Shown here: in pieces, positions 1-12,034 of the stretch | Numbering within the stretch: position 1 is the first letter of the stretch | Layout: each line of letters starts with the position of its first letter | DNA from: an uncultured Methanosarcinaceae archaeon | GTDB taxonomy: Archaea > Halobacteriota > Methanosarcinia > Methanosarcinales > Methanosarcinaceae | Direction of reading: 5' to 3' | DNA length: 64,000 bases | Assembly: GCA_963727895.1 (NCBI GenBank) | Contig: CAVSHT010000003.1 | Span: 1 to 64,000, forward strand | Translations under genes and position numbers: made by a program | The notes under the pieces: generated by a model | What the model saw: only the letters and a program-made list of their open reading frames with translations | Databases searched by the model: none | What the model was told of the DNA's origin: nothing

Positions 1-9
1 AGTAAAATC

Positions 10-856
10 GGTTCTGTTGCAAAAAATCATAATAAGGATTCAATTGAATAAGGAGAAAATCAATAGAACGATAATATGCTATCTAATTCCTTTAAGTGGA
101 AACATTACGAAGGAGAAATCATTTTATTAAACGTCAGATGGTACCTAAAATATCCAGTAAGTTATAGAAATTTAGAGGAAATGATGGCAGAGAGGGGAGT
201 AGAAGTTGATCACAGTACTATCATGAGATGGGTACATCAATACTCTCCTGAAATCGAAAAGAAGGTAAGAAGGCATTTAAGACCAACTAATAACTCTTGG
301 AGAGTTGATGAAACTTACATCAGAGTTAAAAGTAAATGGAAATATTTTTACCGAGCAGTTGACTCAAATGGAGATACAATTGATTTCATGTTAAGTGCAA
401 AACGAGATCAAAAAGCAGCAAAACGTTTCTTTAAGAAAGCTTTGAATTCTAATCATAATCAAATTCCAAGAGTAATCACAGTTGATAAAAATCCAGCTTA
501 TCCACCTGCTATAGATAAACTGAAAAATGATAAAATACTACCTATAAACGTAGGCATTAGACAAATCAAGTATTTGAATAACATTATAGAACAAGATCAT
601 AGATCCATTAAACGAATAGTTAATCCAATGTTAGGATTTCAGTCTTTTAACACAGCTATTAAGACTTTAAAAGGAATTGAAGCTATGAATATGATTAAAA
701 AAGGACAAATCAAAAACCTAAATTACTCTGGCTTTAATGAAGCTAAATATATTAATCAATTATTTGGAATAGTTCTATAATCTTTTTGAATATTTGTACT
801 TTTGTTTATTGATTATGGATTTACATGCTTATTCTGAGATTTTTTGCAACGGAACC
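10..856 (+). mobile_element. IS6-family insertion sequence, apparently intact
   Basis: Terminal IRs GGTTCTGTTGCAAAAAA (10) and TTTTTGCAACGGAACC (856) flank a 234 aa DDE transposase. Confidence 0.95.
76..780 (+). CDS. IS6-family transposase
   Basis: WRVDETY, YRAVD, TVDKNPAY and NNIIEQDHR motifs typical of IS6 (IS26/IS240-like). Confidence 0.95.
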   Translation: MLSNSFKWKHYEGEIILLNVRWYLKYPVSYRNLEEMMAERGVEVDHSTIMRWVHQYSPEIEKKVRRHLRPTNNSWRVDETYIRVKSKWKYFYRAVDSNGDTIDFMLSAKRDQKAAKRFFKKALNSNHNQIPRVITVDKNPAYPPAIDKLKNDKILPINVGIRQIKYLNNIIEQDHRSIKRIVNPMLGFQSFNTAIKTLKGIEAMNMIKKGQIKNLNYSGFNEAKYINQLFGIVL

Positions 857-1058
857 CACCTGGCTCATTGTACTTTTCGGCTCCCTTAACAAGGAACTCC
901 ATAGCCATAAGAGTCTTTCCTGAACCCGCACTTCCGTATACAAGTGTTATACGACCTTTTGGGAGTCCACCATAGGCGATATCGTCAAAGCCGTTTATAC
1001 CTGATGGAGATTTTTCCAATAATTTTTCTTTTAGGGTTGTGCTCGTTTCTTCAATCAT
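857..1058 (-). pseudogene. kaiC: KaiC-like ATPase, N-terminal fragment truncated by IS6
   Basis: SGINGFDDIAYGGLPKGRITLVYGSAGSGKTLMAMEFLVKGA..NEPG (Walker A); the frame runs into the IS6 right IR. Confidence 0.85.
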
Positions 1059-1301
1059 TGAGATGCCTCTGGTATCAAAAATGCTGAGAGCACCATAGCA
1101 AAACATCTGCTTTAAATTCATATTAATATATAAAATAATATTATATAAGTGCTCTTTAATTATAGTAACTATCGTTATCGTTAATTTTGAAAGATAATAG
1201 ATAGTAGATGTTTTATATAGTACTGAGAGCCAGAAAATAAATAAGTTTTCATTAAATTAAAGCAAAATTAACTCCTATTATTAAAGACTGATTATTTAAT
1301 A

Positions 1302-1630
1302 GGGTCCAATTGCAAAAAATCTCCGAATAAGTATATAAACGTATGGATAATGAACAAAAATCAAAATATTCAAAAAGATTATAGAACTATTCCAAATAAT
1401 TGATTAATATATTTAGCTTCATTAAGACCAGAGTAATTTAGATTTTTGACTTGTCCCTTTTTAACCATATTCGTTTTGGCTCCAGTAATCGATTTTATTC
1501 GGATCTCCTAAAGCCTAGTCAACATTTTAGACAAAATGTTTCTATTTAAAGGAATTAGATAGCATGTAACTACTTTTGATTTCCTTTTTATTTTATTATA
1601 TCCCTAGCAAATATTTTTTGCAACAGAACC
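1302..1630 (-). mobile_element. IS6-derived non-autonomous element
   Basis: Both IS6 IRs with the transposase 3' and 5' ends joined through a non-transposase linker. Confidence 0.85.
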
Positions 1631-1934
1631 TGTTGTTTTACGTGCAAAGTACATTAAAGGTAGAGGTAACTATAGTACTATTTAGCATATATCCAATAGA
1701 TATATAATAGGCATCTCATATTTATAACTTAGAAAGTTTTTAGTACTTTCAAACAAATCTATATATATTGCAGATATTTCTCATCTGCAGCTCATAAGAT
1801 TAACTTGGGGACATCTATTGTCGTTGATAACCATTAGGTCTCAAATATCTTACAAGGACAGTAGCTGAAGGAAAATAAAACAGTACTCAAGGTGCATGAT
1901 AGTAAAATGCCTGTATTCAGAATCATGATAATAC

Positions 1935-2687
1935 ATGGTGATAATGTTTTTTAATTCACAGTTGATACAAGACAAACAAGAGTTTTATGGAAAAGGAAAG
2001 GGATATGGAATGTTTACGAATACTGAATCTAACCTTATCGAAGGTTACTTTGAAGGAGCTAACCTTATAGGAGCTGATTTTACAGGAGCTAACCTTAAAG
2101 AGTCTTACTTTAAAGGGGCTAATCTCAGAGAAGCTAACCTTGAAAAGGCTGACCTTGAAAGGGCTAACCTTCAGGAAACTAATCTTAAAAGGACTAATCT
2201 CAAAGAAGCTAACCTCATAGAAGCTGATCTTATAGAGGCTAATCTTCAGGAAACTAACCTTAAAGGAGCTAACCTCCAAAGAGCTAATCTTGAAGGGGCT
2301 AATCTTGAAGGAGCTAATCTTAGAGGAGCTAACCTTCAAGGAGCTAACCTTAGAGAAATTAACCTTAGGGGAGCTGAACTTAATTGGACTGTATTTAGAG
2401 GGGCTAACCTTGTAGAATCTTATCTTGCAGGAACTAACTTCACAGGGGCTGACCTTGAAGGGACTAACCTTCAGGAAACTAACCTTGAAGGAGCTAACTT
2501 TACATGGGTTAATTTTGAAGGAGCTAACCTTGAAGGGGCTAATCTTAAAGGAGCTAATTTTACAAATGCTCACTATTTAACATTTGACCAGCTTTCTAAA
2601 GTGAAAACACTTCACAACGCAAAATTAGACAACGTACTCCTCATACCTCTAAAAGATAAGTACCCTGCTCTTTTTAAAAATATCTGA
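1935..2687 (+). CDS. Pentapeptide-repeat protein (start may be ATG 2010)
   Basis: Long run of A(N/D)LxG-type pentapeptides. Confidence 0.9.
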   Translation: MVIMFFNSQLIQDKQEFYGKGKGYGMFTNTESNLIEGYFEGANLIGADFTGANLKESYFKGANLREANLEKADLERANLQETNLKRTNLKEANLIEADLIEANLQETNLKGANLQRANLEGANLEGANLRGANLQGANLREINLRGAELNWTVFRGANLVESYLAGTNFTGADLEGTNLQETNLEGANFTWVNFEGANLEGANLKGANFTNAHYLTFDQLSKVKTLHNAKLDNVLLIPLKDKYPALFKNI

Positions 2688-2901
2688 TACAGAACTTATA
2701 GAACACTATTAATACCTTAATTTGACAGAAGTTGTTAATTTTTAAAATTATTTTTTGGAAAAATGAAAATATCAAAAATCAAAGAACATAGTATATAAAT
2801 TACAGTTGTAGGGGAAAACATAAGCATGTGGCGGATTTATTCCTCATAAGATTTATGCTTCTGTCAAATTCGAGATATATACTAATGATACATATAAATA
2901 A

Positions 2902-3180
2902 TTGAATTCCAAAAATGAGCTTATGGCGTTTACAATTATAGAATTTTCAACGTTGATTCTAGCAATTTTAATAGCTTTTGTGTTGTATGTAATCATTAGG
3001 GAAGGCACTCAACTTGCTATGAATGCAGTACTTGGAATTTTAACATTACTTGCAACAAAATTTTTACTTGGGCTTAAAATAACGATTACCTTACTCACCG
3101 TTATAATTTGCGCATTTGGGGGCATTTTCGGAGCAATTTTAATAATCATATTGAACTATTTCAGAATTGGATTTATTTAA
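2902..3180 (+). CDS. Small membrane protein, BofA-like family
   Basis: Hydrophobic segments with N-A-x-L-G and GGIFGAILII motifs; ATG at 2923 is a plausible start. Confidence 0.65.
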   Translation: MNSKNELMAFTIIEFSTLILAILIAFVLYVIIREGTQLAMNAVLGILTLLATKFLLGLKITITLLTVIICAFGGIFGAILIIILNYFRIGFI

Positions 3181-3466
3181 TATTGGGGATGATTTCTAAA
3201 GTTTTAATAGCTTATAGATTCATTGTTGGATACTGATTTTCAATTTCTCTTTTCTCAGTTTCTGTAAAATCATATCGTTAGATGGAATAGCAAAAAACGA
3301 AAGTGATTAAATTCTACGCCTTCTATAGCTTTTCAATTTGCACAAAAGATAATTCTACCAGTAAGCTTGTGAAAGTCAAGTCATAAGCCCCAAAACATAG
3401 TTTTTGACAAATGCATAAATAAAAAAAGTTGCTGAAGAAGAGAAACTTTTCTTTCAAGCTTAAATT

Positions 3467-5002
3467 TTATTTTACTGTAATATAATTAGACATAGTTTTG
3501 GTACCGCTTCCTGCTGCATTTGTTGCTGTTAAGGTCACAGTAAGTTTTCCTTTTTTAATATAAGTATGGAGCGGATTGTGGGTTGTTGATGTAGTACCAT
3601 CTCCAAAATTCCATTTCCATGAAGTTAGGTTATTAGTACTCTTATCAGTAAACTGCACTTTTAGTGGTTTAGTCCCTGATCTTGGAGAGGCGGTAAAGGC
3701 AGCAACTGGTTTTATTTGGTTTGTTAGTTTTAGATAACTTGTTTTTGTTACCTTACTGCTTCCTGCAGCATTAGTTGCTGTAAGAGTTACCGTAAGGCTT
3801 CCTGCTTTAATATACGTGTGAAGTGGGTTATGAGTTGTTGATGTTGTTCCATCTCCAAAACTCCATTTCCATGAAGTTGGGTTGTTAGTACTCTGGTCAG
3901 TAAACTGCACTTTTAATGGTACATTTCCTGAAGTTGGGGACGCAGAGAAAGCAGCTATCGGCTTTTGTGGACTAGTTATCACTGTCCATAGAGTGGCAAC
4001 TGGATAACCAGATCCAGAACTGCCTACTATCTGTCCATCGTTATTGATGGCGCTGGCAATGCTAAATGTGTTAGCAGGGAGTGAGCCAAGATAAGTCATT
4101 ACTCCATTTTGCCATAGGGTAGCATGTGCGGTGTCACGACCAAAGTTACAACCGCCCACTATCTGCCCATTATTATTGATGGAATCGGCAAAACTATAAT
4201 CTCCTCCAGGGAGTATTCCAAGATCAGTTATCACACCATTTTGCCATAGAACGGCATGTTCGACGCCTGAAGCATTATTGCTATCACCTACAATTTGTCC
4301 TTTGTCATTGATGCTATTTGCATGACAAAATGATCCACTAGGGAGTGTTCCAAGATCAGTTATCACACCATTTTGCCATAGAACAGCATGTTCGACGCCT
4401 GAAGCATTATCACTATCTCCCACAATCTGTCCTTTGTTATTGATGCTATTTGCATGACTAATTGACCCTCCAGGGAGTGTACCAAGATCAGTTATTACTC
4501 CATTGTACCACAGAATCGCATGTACTATGCCAGGTGCTTTATCGCCACAGCCCACTATCTGCCCATTGTCATTTATGCTTGATGGATAACAAAATGATCC
4601 ACCAGGGAGTATTCCAAGATCAGTCATTACTCCATTTTGCCATAGGAAACCACGTGAGCCACACACTCCCACTACCTGCCCATTGTTATTGATACAATCA
4701 GCGTAACAATAATCCTCTCCATGAAGTGTTCCAAGATCAGTTATCACACCATTTTGCCATAGAACGGCATGTTCGTCGTCTGATGCATTAAAGCTATAAC
4801 CCACTATCTGTCCTTTGTTATTGATGCCCTCTGCATAACTCCCTGCATAACTCCCGGATGTCAGGTTTTGAAGGTTTTTTATCGATACAGATGCTGCACC
4901 TACAATACTCACTAACATTAAAACAGCCAGAGCAACAATTCCTAACGCTTTTATAAGAGTAAGCTTTCTGGGAGATTTATAACACATAACTTGATACTTC
5001 AT
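3467..5002 (-). CDS. Secreted HAF-repeat protein with two C-terminal PKD domains
   Basis: Signal peptide; about 7 repeats of A-x-x-INN-x-GQIVG...HAVLWQNGVITDLGTL; two SW-x-W-x-FGDG PKD units. Confidence 0.92.
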   Translation of the reverse strand: MKYQVMCYKSPRKLTLIKALGIVALAVLMLVSIVGAASVSIKNLQNLTSGSYAGSYAEGINNKGQIVGYSFNASDDEHAVLWQNGVITDLGTLHGEDYCYADCINNNGQVVGVCGSRGFLWQNGVMTDLGILPGGSFCYPSSINDNGQIVGCGDKAPGIVHAILWYNGVITDLGTLPGGSISHANSINNKGQIVGDSDNASGVEHAVLWQNGVITDLGTLPSGSFCHANSINDKGQIVGDSNNASGVEHAVLWQNGVITDLGILPGGDYSFADSINNNGQIVGGCNFGRDTAHATLWQNGVMTYLGSLPANTFSIASAINNDGQIVGSSGSGYPVATLWTVITSPQKPIAAFSASPTSGNVPLKVQFTDQSTNNPTSWKWSFGDGTTSTTHNPLHTYIKAGSLTVTLTATNAAGSSKVTKTSYLKLTNQIKPVAAFTASPRSGTKPLKVQFTDKSTNNLTSWKWNFGDGTTSTTHNPLHTYIKKGKLTVTLTATNAAGSGTKTMSNYITVK

Positions 5003-5796
5003 TTAAATCCCTCCTCCTTTTTTGTATTTTTCCTTAATCGCCAAAAAAGAGATATAAAATAAGGAACGAAAAATAAAGTTTAATAAATATTGACAAATTG
5101 TAAATTATACTTTCATATACTTATAAAAATCATATAAATAGTATATATATATATAAATATTTTGAAATCTATTTGTAAATTTTATTTTTTGTGATAATAT
5201 TTGATTCATATAAACGATAAATAGGCCTGCAAAAATCCAATCATGAGCCTGAAAATAAGCCTATGAGTTGAAAAGAGAGATTAGGAAAATTAATTTTGGA
5301 AAAATGAGGAAGAAGAGTATACGCAGATCAAAATTTCATCAAACACATTCATTTTTTGCAGTCGAAGCATACCAATTAAAAAATCGGCCAACATCCTGAA
5401 AACTTCGATTGGGATTACATTTCAGATCATTAGCACAATTAGTAATAAAAAATTAATAATTTGTGATACTCTGTTTATATATTGCTCCAATTTTTACCTA
5501 TATTTCAAGTGGAAAAATGAAATTTAGGCAAGCCTTCTAAAATGACAAATTAAACTGAGATTTTCAGGCAATTTTGTTCACTCGTCTGAAATTACCCGCA
5601 TCGCTTGACGTTGCCTATGTGTTTTTGTTAATATATATTCCAAAGACTATAGACAGGATTTTGAAAAACGTTAGTTAGAGACATGATATTTTGAAGGGCT
5701 ATATTTTGTCTTCGATAACCGTATCCGTTAAGAACTACAAAAATAAGAAACACATAGTCAATTCTGATTTACAAAACTGTCATCACAATATCAATA

Positions 5797-6171
5797 ATCA
5801 ATCAATTATTTGGAATTGTTCTATAATATTGAGAAATCTTCTTGAATATTTTAACTTTTGTTCATTATCTATAGGTTTACATGCTTATTCTGATATTTTT
5901 TGCAACGGAACCACTAAGTGGGTATTTTAAGTACCATCTAACATTCAGAGACTTTTTATTATTTTCTGGTCTTGTATTGATTGCATCCAATTGCTAGTGA
6001 AATTAATGGTAAATTTTGGAAATCCCAGAAGATATTAAAAAGTCTCAACATTCAATAAGATAATTTCACCAACAAAGTACTTTCATTTAAAGGAATTAGA
6101 TAGCATATCACTATCTTTGATTTCATTTTTATTTTATTATTTCCCTAACAGATATTTTTTGCAACGGAACC
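5797..6171. mobile_element. Scrambled IS6 remnants (right end, internal piece, left end)
   Basis: TTTTTGCAACGGAACC at about 5912 and 6171, with transposase fragments. Confidence 0.75.
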
Positions 6172-6413
6172 AGGATTTCTACATAGCCGGTAATTTTTTT
6201 ATATTTAACTTTTTTTATTTTTGTACTTTTGTTCCTTTCGCTCGAGAATCAATTAAGAGTGTGTCCAAAAATATTTTTGCTTTATCAACAGTAGAAACAA
6301 TTTTGTACATTTGCGCTCTTCTATAAATCAACAAATTTTTTGACTGAAAATTTTACGTGACTTATATTATCATAAGCTCTCCAAAAATGGTCAATATATT
6401 TATTTTTGAAAAT

Positions 6414-8078
6414 GTGATTGGTGAGGGATCATTATTAAAGGCAGTCTTTCGATTACGGTAGATATTGAGGATTGGTATCACATTCCTTCAGTGTGTGGCT
6501 CTCCATATTCCGTTTATAAGGATGTGAATGAGTTCTTTAAAAATTGGAAAAGAGAATATGACTTCCTAACTGAACCTACAAAAAAAGTACTGGACCTTCT
6601 CGATGAGTTCAATGTAACTGCCACATTCTTTGTAGTTGCAGATATTGAAGAAAACTATCCGGGATTAATCGAGTTAATTGTAGAAAAAGGGCATGAAATT
6701 GCATGTCATGGCCTTCATCACGCCTGTAAAATTGATTCCGAAACAAAGAAAAGGTTAATAAGTGCTGAGGAATTTGAACAGAGGACACTACAAGCTAAAA
6801 AGATTCTGGAAAAAATTAGCGGGGAAAGAATGGTAGGATATAGAGCCCCAAATGCTCTGGTGGGCGGTTGGATGCTCGATTCTTTGGAACATCTTGGATT
6901 CACTTATGACTGCTCAGTAACAGTAAATTCTCTCTATAATAAAACGGATTCTGCCCTCAGCACAGTCTCGACAATACCTTATTATCCTGTGGAGCACGGG
7001 CTTGAGGTAGGTCCCGATAGAAATTTCGTTGAGTTTCCCTGGCCATATTATCAAAACGTAATTAAAGTCCCGTCATGTGGGGGACCAATACTTCGATTCA
7101 TGGGAGCTTCAGTTGTATTAAATGGACTTATTCAAAGCTTAAAACGAGGACATACATTATTTTATTTTCATCCACTCGATATTTCGTGTACTAAATTTCC
7201 ATCCGGCTTTGATACTTAAACATAGTTATATACTATTAGAAAGTATATTTCTTCATGAACTGCCCCAGATGCAATAGTTCCAGTCACAAAAAGAACGGTA
7301 TAGTTGGCGGGCGTCAACGGTACAAATGCTCTGATTGTGGCTATAACTATACAGTAGAGCTAAAATCAACTGCTTTTTCCGCTTTTGTAAAAAGACAGGC
7401 TTTACAACTCTATCTTGAAGGATTGGGCTTTCGTTCAATAGGACGATTTTTAGGGGTGAGTCATGTTTCTGTCCAAAGATGGATAAAGAAATTTGGTCAG
7501 GAGTTAGAGGACCTAAAAAGTGAAAATGAGATATCTATTGTTGAAATGGATGAAATGCACACTTACATCGGTAACAAAAAAAATATTGCTGGATCTGGAT
7601 TGCTGTTGATAGAGTTGGGAAAAAGTTCATCAACTGCTCTTTTGGTAGCAGAGGAACAGAAACTGGAAAACTACTCTGGGAAAAAGTGAAGAAAAAAGAG
7701 ATTGGAGAAGTAATGACAGATCACTGGAGAGCATATGCAGAGTTTCTTCCAGAAAAGAGTCATACTCAATCAAAAGCAGAAACATTTACAGTTGAGGGAT
7801 ATAACAGCATATTGAGGCATTTTCTAGCAAGATTGAGAAGAAAGACAAAGTGTTATACAAAAAGTCTTGAAATGCTAAAGTACTCGGTTATTCTATTGAT
7901 GAAATACAGAAATAAAGAGTTAACTATGTTTAATTAACAATGCCTTCCATCCATTGGGAATCAGAGACCTTTCTATTGGTATTTAAAAGGAAAGCTTATT
8001 GAAAAGAGGATTCGCTATATCCTTAACAAGTTGGAACATGTTAACAAAATATGCCTGCGGGATTATTTAGAGATGTAA
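6414..8078 (+). pseudogene. Polysaccharide deacetylase family gene, interrupted by IS1 and probably 5'-frameshifted
   Basis: SITVDIEDWYH, ATFFVV, HEIACHG, GYRAP and YFHP motifs; the C-terminus (FPSIGNQRPFYW...YLEM*) resumes after the IS at 7945-8078. Confidence 0.88.
7205..7944 (+). mobile_element. IS1-family element; InsA/InsB joined by a -1 frameshift
   Basis: Ends GGCTTTGAT..ACAATGCC; 8-bp TSD TTCCATCC on both sides; zinc ribbon CPRC..CSDC; A8 run at 7576-7583 links to KKYCWIWIAVD. Confidence 0.93.
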
Positions 8079-8336
8079 ATCCCAACATTAAAAATAATTT
8101 TCTATATATAAACATATAAATATATTCAAAATCAAATTCTGAGTTGTTGACTCAGTTTTGATGGTTAAAATATTTTAATTCACCATATAATAAGTAGTCA
8201 TATCTTCTTAAAAAGTATCATCAACTGTAACCTAGAAGATTTGACAAAATATACTACATATAAATATGCATAAAGTAGAAAAGTTTAATATCTTTAAAAG
8301 TGTACTATACTGTAACTTTGCTATTTTTTATTTCAT

Positions 8337-8466
8337 GAAGCCCTCCCAAAACCAACTTTACTCTCAAAATCATAAAATTTTCAGTATTGCTTTCATAATC
8401 CGAAGCTTAAGTAATTATTGCAAATTCACGATCTATATAAGCGATTTTGAGTTTTGGGATAGGCTC
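8337..8466. mobile_element. About 130 bp MITE, GAGCCTATCCCAAAA family, copy 1
   Basis: Imperfect IRs ending TTTTGGGATAGGCTC; related copies at 11693 and 54228. Confidence 0.7.
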
Positions 8467-8488
8467 TATATCTAAACTGAGATTAAAC

Positions 8489-10861
8489 ATGACAGAAATA
8501 AATAGCAATATAGTACATAAAGGACATAATCTTTTAAAAGTTTTAGGAATAACATTGTTGGTACTTGCTTTACTTATGAGTGTCGTAGGTGCGGAACCAT
8601 CTTCAAATATTACGTTTGTAACTACTGGTTCATCATTTTCACCTATTATTGCAGTTACAGGTAATCCTACAATTCAATGGGTATTTAGTGACGGTTCAAC
8701 ATCTAATTCTAAGTCCCCTATTGTAAATTTTGGTTCCGCAGGGAAAAGAGTAAACACTCTAGTAGTAACACCATGGAGTGCAGTAACTGAAATCAATATA
8801 GGTTATGATGGTTCTGATAGTGGAGCAACTCCAGGTGCCAGTACAATAGCAAATTTAGCGCAACAGAATGTAATAGCTGTTAGCGGTTTAGAAAATGTTG
8901 CACCATACCTTCAAATATGGGCTTCAAATTATAATCCAATAACTTCGCTGGATTTCAGTAATTTTGCTGTACTGGATACGATTGAGTGTTTTTCTTGTAG
9001 ATCACTGGCTACTATCAAACTCCATAATGTTCCATCTCTGACAAGGCTTTGTGTCGAACAATCCAATATTTCTTATCTTGATCTCTCAGAAGCTCCTTTT
9101 CTTGCTGATCTTCGTGGAGCATCTCAGAGAAGCTCGACATATACTATAAATTGGGGTACTACAGGAGCTAATATCTGGCATATATGTGTCAGAGATAATC
9201 CGCAGATAACAAGCGCATTCCCATTCAGTCAGTTCCCACTTTTGAGAGACTTTTATAACTGGAATGACGATCAAAGCGGCACTCTTCACCTAACTTCAAC
9301 AAATTTAAAAAGTGTTCTCTCAACCAATAATCATTATAATGATGCTATTTTTTCTGGCTGTTTCCCTGTAAGTAGAAATGGTGTTGTGGAAATTCAAAAT
9401 AATAACCTCAGAAGTTTAGATATTTCCAATGATCCTGGTCTACTTTATTTAAATGCCAGTCTTAATTCTTTAAATCAAACAGCAGTAGATGAAATACTTC
9501 AAATAATGGATTCCTATAATACTAGCAGCGGATCTTTAGATTTAACTGGAAATGCTGCGCCGTCAATTATAGGAGTAGCACATGTAAATAATTTAATAGC
9601 TAGAGATTGGGAAGTCAAAACATCATCAAAAAATAATCCACCGGTCGCAAATTTTACAAGCAATATTACTTTTGAAACGGTGCCATTAGTAGTTCAATTT
9701 AATGATACAAGTATAAACAATCCAACTACATGGTTATGGGATTTTGGGGATGGAACTTATTCAACTAAGGAATCTCCAGAGCACATTTATCCTTATCCGG
9801 GTAATTACACCGTAACTTTTACGGTAAGGAATTCAAATGGTTTCGATTCTAAAGTTGACGTAATAACCGTTTTAGAACAACCAGTTTTTCCTGTAGCAAA
9901 TTTCAGTATCAATGTCATTGAGAGTTATGTTCCGCTAGATGTGCAATTTAACGACTTGTCGGAAAATACAGAGGATAGATACTGGAACTTTGGAGATGGA
10001 ACTGGTTCAACTGAGATGGATCCAATACATACATATTCAATAGCAGGAACTTATTATGTCAACCTAACTGTAAGCAACGAAAATGGAACTGCCTCAAAAA
10101 CTGCTACAATAAATGTACTTACACCTATTAGCTCAAGCGGTGGGAGTAGTGGAGGAAGTAGTCATAGCAGTTCCAGTGGTGGCGGTGGAGGTGGTTCTCC
10201 TGAACCTCAGAGTAATGTCCAAGTAAAGGAACTTTCACAGGCTGTTATTACAAATGGGAAACCTGTAAAATTTGATTTTACAAAGAATGCAACCTGTGTT
10301 GTGTATGTGAGTTTTGACGCAAAAAAGACCTTTGGGAAGACCACAACCATTGCTGAACAGCTTAAAGGAAAATCTTCTCTGGTTTCAATACTTTATTCGG
10401 GTGAAATATATAAGTACTTCAATCTATGGATTGGAAATGGAGGGATTGCAACCTCAAAGAACATAGCAAACCCAGTTGTTTGTTTCAAGGTTGAAAAAGC
10501 TTGGATAAAGGATAAAAAGATCGATCAGGATTCTATTATTCTTAACATGTACAGCGATAAAAAATGGGAGCAATTTCCAGTAAACCTGTCAGGTGAAGAT
10601 AATAAATTCTTGTATTTCACAGCCAAAACCTCAGGATTTTCTTTATTTGCAATAACTGGTACAGAGAAACTATCTGAAGAAAATGTAAAGGGAATACAGC
10701 TTGCATCAAATAAAACAATTAATAATACAACGTACAAAGAACCTAATACAACATATAAAGAACCGCAAAATCAACAAAAAGAAATTCTGAGCACACCAAG
10801 CTTTGGGGTATATTATGGAATAGTTAGCCTGTTTGCAGCATTTCTGTATAAAAGAAAGTAA
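8489..10861 (+). CDS. Cell-surface protein: LRR-like region, two PKD domains, PGF-pre-PGF domain, C-terminal sorting signal
   Basis: Signal peptide; L-x-x-L-D-L-S repeats; WDFGDG; Ser/Gly linker then SPEPQSNVQVKE; TPSFG plus TM helix plus KRK. Confidence 0.9.
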   Translation: MTEINSNIVHKGHNLLKVLGITLLVLALLMSVVGAEPSSNITFVTTGSSFSPIIAVTGNPTIQWVFSDGSTSNSKSPIVNFGSAGKRVNTLVVTPWSAVTEINIGYDGSDSGATPGASTIANLAQQNVIAVSGLENVAPYLQIWASNYNPITSLDFSNFAVLDTIECFSCRSLATIKLHNVPSLTRLCVEQSNISYLDLSEAPFLADLRGASQRSSTYTINWGTTGANIWHICVRDNPQITSAFPFSQFPLLRDFYNWNDDQSGTLHLTSTNLKSVLSTNNHYNDAIFSGCFPVSRNGVVEIQNNNLRSLDISNDPGLLYLNASLNSLNQTAVDEILQIMDSYNTSSGSLDLTGNAAPSIIGVAHVNNLIARDWEVKTSSKNNPPVANFTSNITFETVPLVVQFNDTSINNPTTWLWDFGDGTYSTKESPEHIYPYPGNYTVTFTVRNSNGFDSKVDVITVLEQPVFPVANFSINVIESYVPLDVQFNDLSENTEDRYWNFGDGTGSTEMDPIHTYSIAGTYYVNLTVSNENGTASKTATINVLTPISSSGGSSGGSSHSSSSGGGGGGSPEPQSNVQVKELSQAVITNGKPVKFDFTKNATCVVYVSFDAKKTFGKTTTIAEQLKGKSSLVSILYSGEIYKYFNLWIGNGGIATSKNIANPVVCFKVEKAWIKDKKIDQDSIILNMYSDKKWEQFPVNLSGEDNKFLYFTAKTSGFSLFAITGTEKLSEENVKGIQLASNKTINNTTYKEPNTTYKEPQNQQKEILSTPSFGVYYGIVSLFAAFLYKRK

Positions 10862-10906
10862 AAAAGCAGGAATCCAAAGTTCGATGTAAAAATGAGGGGT
10901 TAATCC

Positions 10907-11407
10907 GGTTCCGTTGCAAAAAATCTTAGAATAAGCCTGTAAATCTATGAATAATTACTAAAAATTAAAATATTCACAAAGATGTGTCAATATTATAGAA
11001 CTATTCCAAATAATTGATTAATATATTTAGCTTCATTAGGACTAGAGTAGTTTAGATTCTTGACTTGTCCTTTTTTAATCATATTCGTTTTGGCTCCGGT
11101 AATTGAGTTTATGCGGATCTCTTAAAGTCCAGTCAACATTTTAGTCAATATGTTGCTTTTTTCGTATCCTCTTCAAATTGCATGGGTAAAAGTAAATTTC
11201 ACGTATTTGCTGAAAATTTAAAAATTTAGTAAAGATTGAAAACAACATCAATCGACGCATTTGATGTTCATCCAAGGTTATAACTATCAAATAAAATTGT
11301 TGCATGTTTTTCGAGTTGGAAAATTCTCCATTGAATTTGAAGAGGATACCTAATTGTGAAGTTTTTCACTTATTTTGTAAAATAATCAGATTTTTTGCAA
11401 CGGAACC
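10907..11407. mobile_element. Composite IS6-ended non-autonomous element containing a GTATCCTCTTCAAAT MITE (11164-11349)
   Basis: Outer IS6 IRs; inner IRs GTATCCTCTTCAAATT / AATTTGAAGAGGATAC. Confidence 0.8.
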
Positions 11408-11692
11408 ATTAATATCATCATTTGAAATTGATACAATTCGTCCTAACCTGCGTATTATGAACCCCCTTATATTACTGCTGCATTCAATAGCATTTGAACC
11501 AGGCAGTGTTGAAAACTTTTTATGTGATTGAGATGAAACTTTTTTTAATTTAGACATTCTTAAATCAATTTCGTTTGGTGTTTTTCCGTTCATGTCTATG
11601 ACACCTTAAACAAAATTGTTGCTTTATCTTTCTCCATAACACAATATATAGTAAACAACTATAATAAATCAAGTATTATATTACTTTATATA

Positions 11693-11821
11693 GAGCCTAT
11701 CCCAAAAGCCATTTAATTCTTAATCATCAAGAATTTTAGGATTATTTTCATGATCAGAAACTTGATTGATTATTCGGAATACAGGATTCAGAGAAGCAAT
11801 TTTGAGTTTTGGGATCAGCTC
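11693..11821. mobile_element. About 130 bp MITE, GAGCCTATCCCAAAA family, copy 2
   Basis: IRs GAGCCTATCCCAAAA / TTTTGGGATCAGCTC. Confidence 0.75.
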
Positions 11822-12034
11822 ATATATAATTAAAGAAAGCAATTGAAGCCCATAGATCTAAAAAGCCATGGTGAAGATTCTGATAATTATTCTATATAAA
11901 ATATAAATTTTAAAACCTCTGTATTTTTGCCGTTTTTACTCCGATTTTGAGTTTAAATTGAAGCTAAAACTGGGAAATACATAGTTTTTGGCACAAAACC
12001 TATGTATTCATAGAAGGCAGAATTTTGGTGCAAA

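Noticed and set aside
1956..2573. 205 aa minus-strand ORF with KVSSF repeats
   Set aside because: Antisense shadow of the pentapeptide-repeat gene
3960..4860. Near-identical ~132 bp DNA repeats as a possible DGR template/variable pair
   Set aside because: They are in-frame HAF protein repeats; there is no reverse transcriptase and no adenine-specific variation was evident
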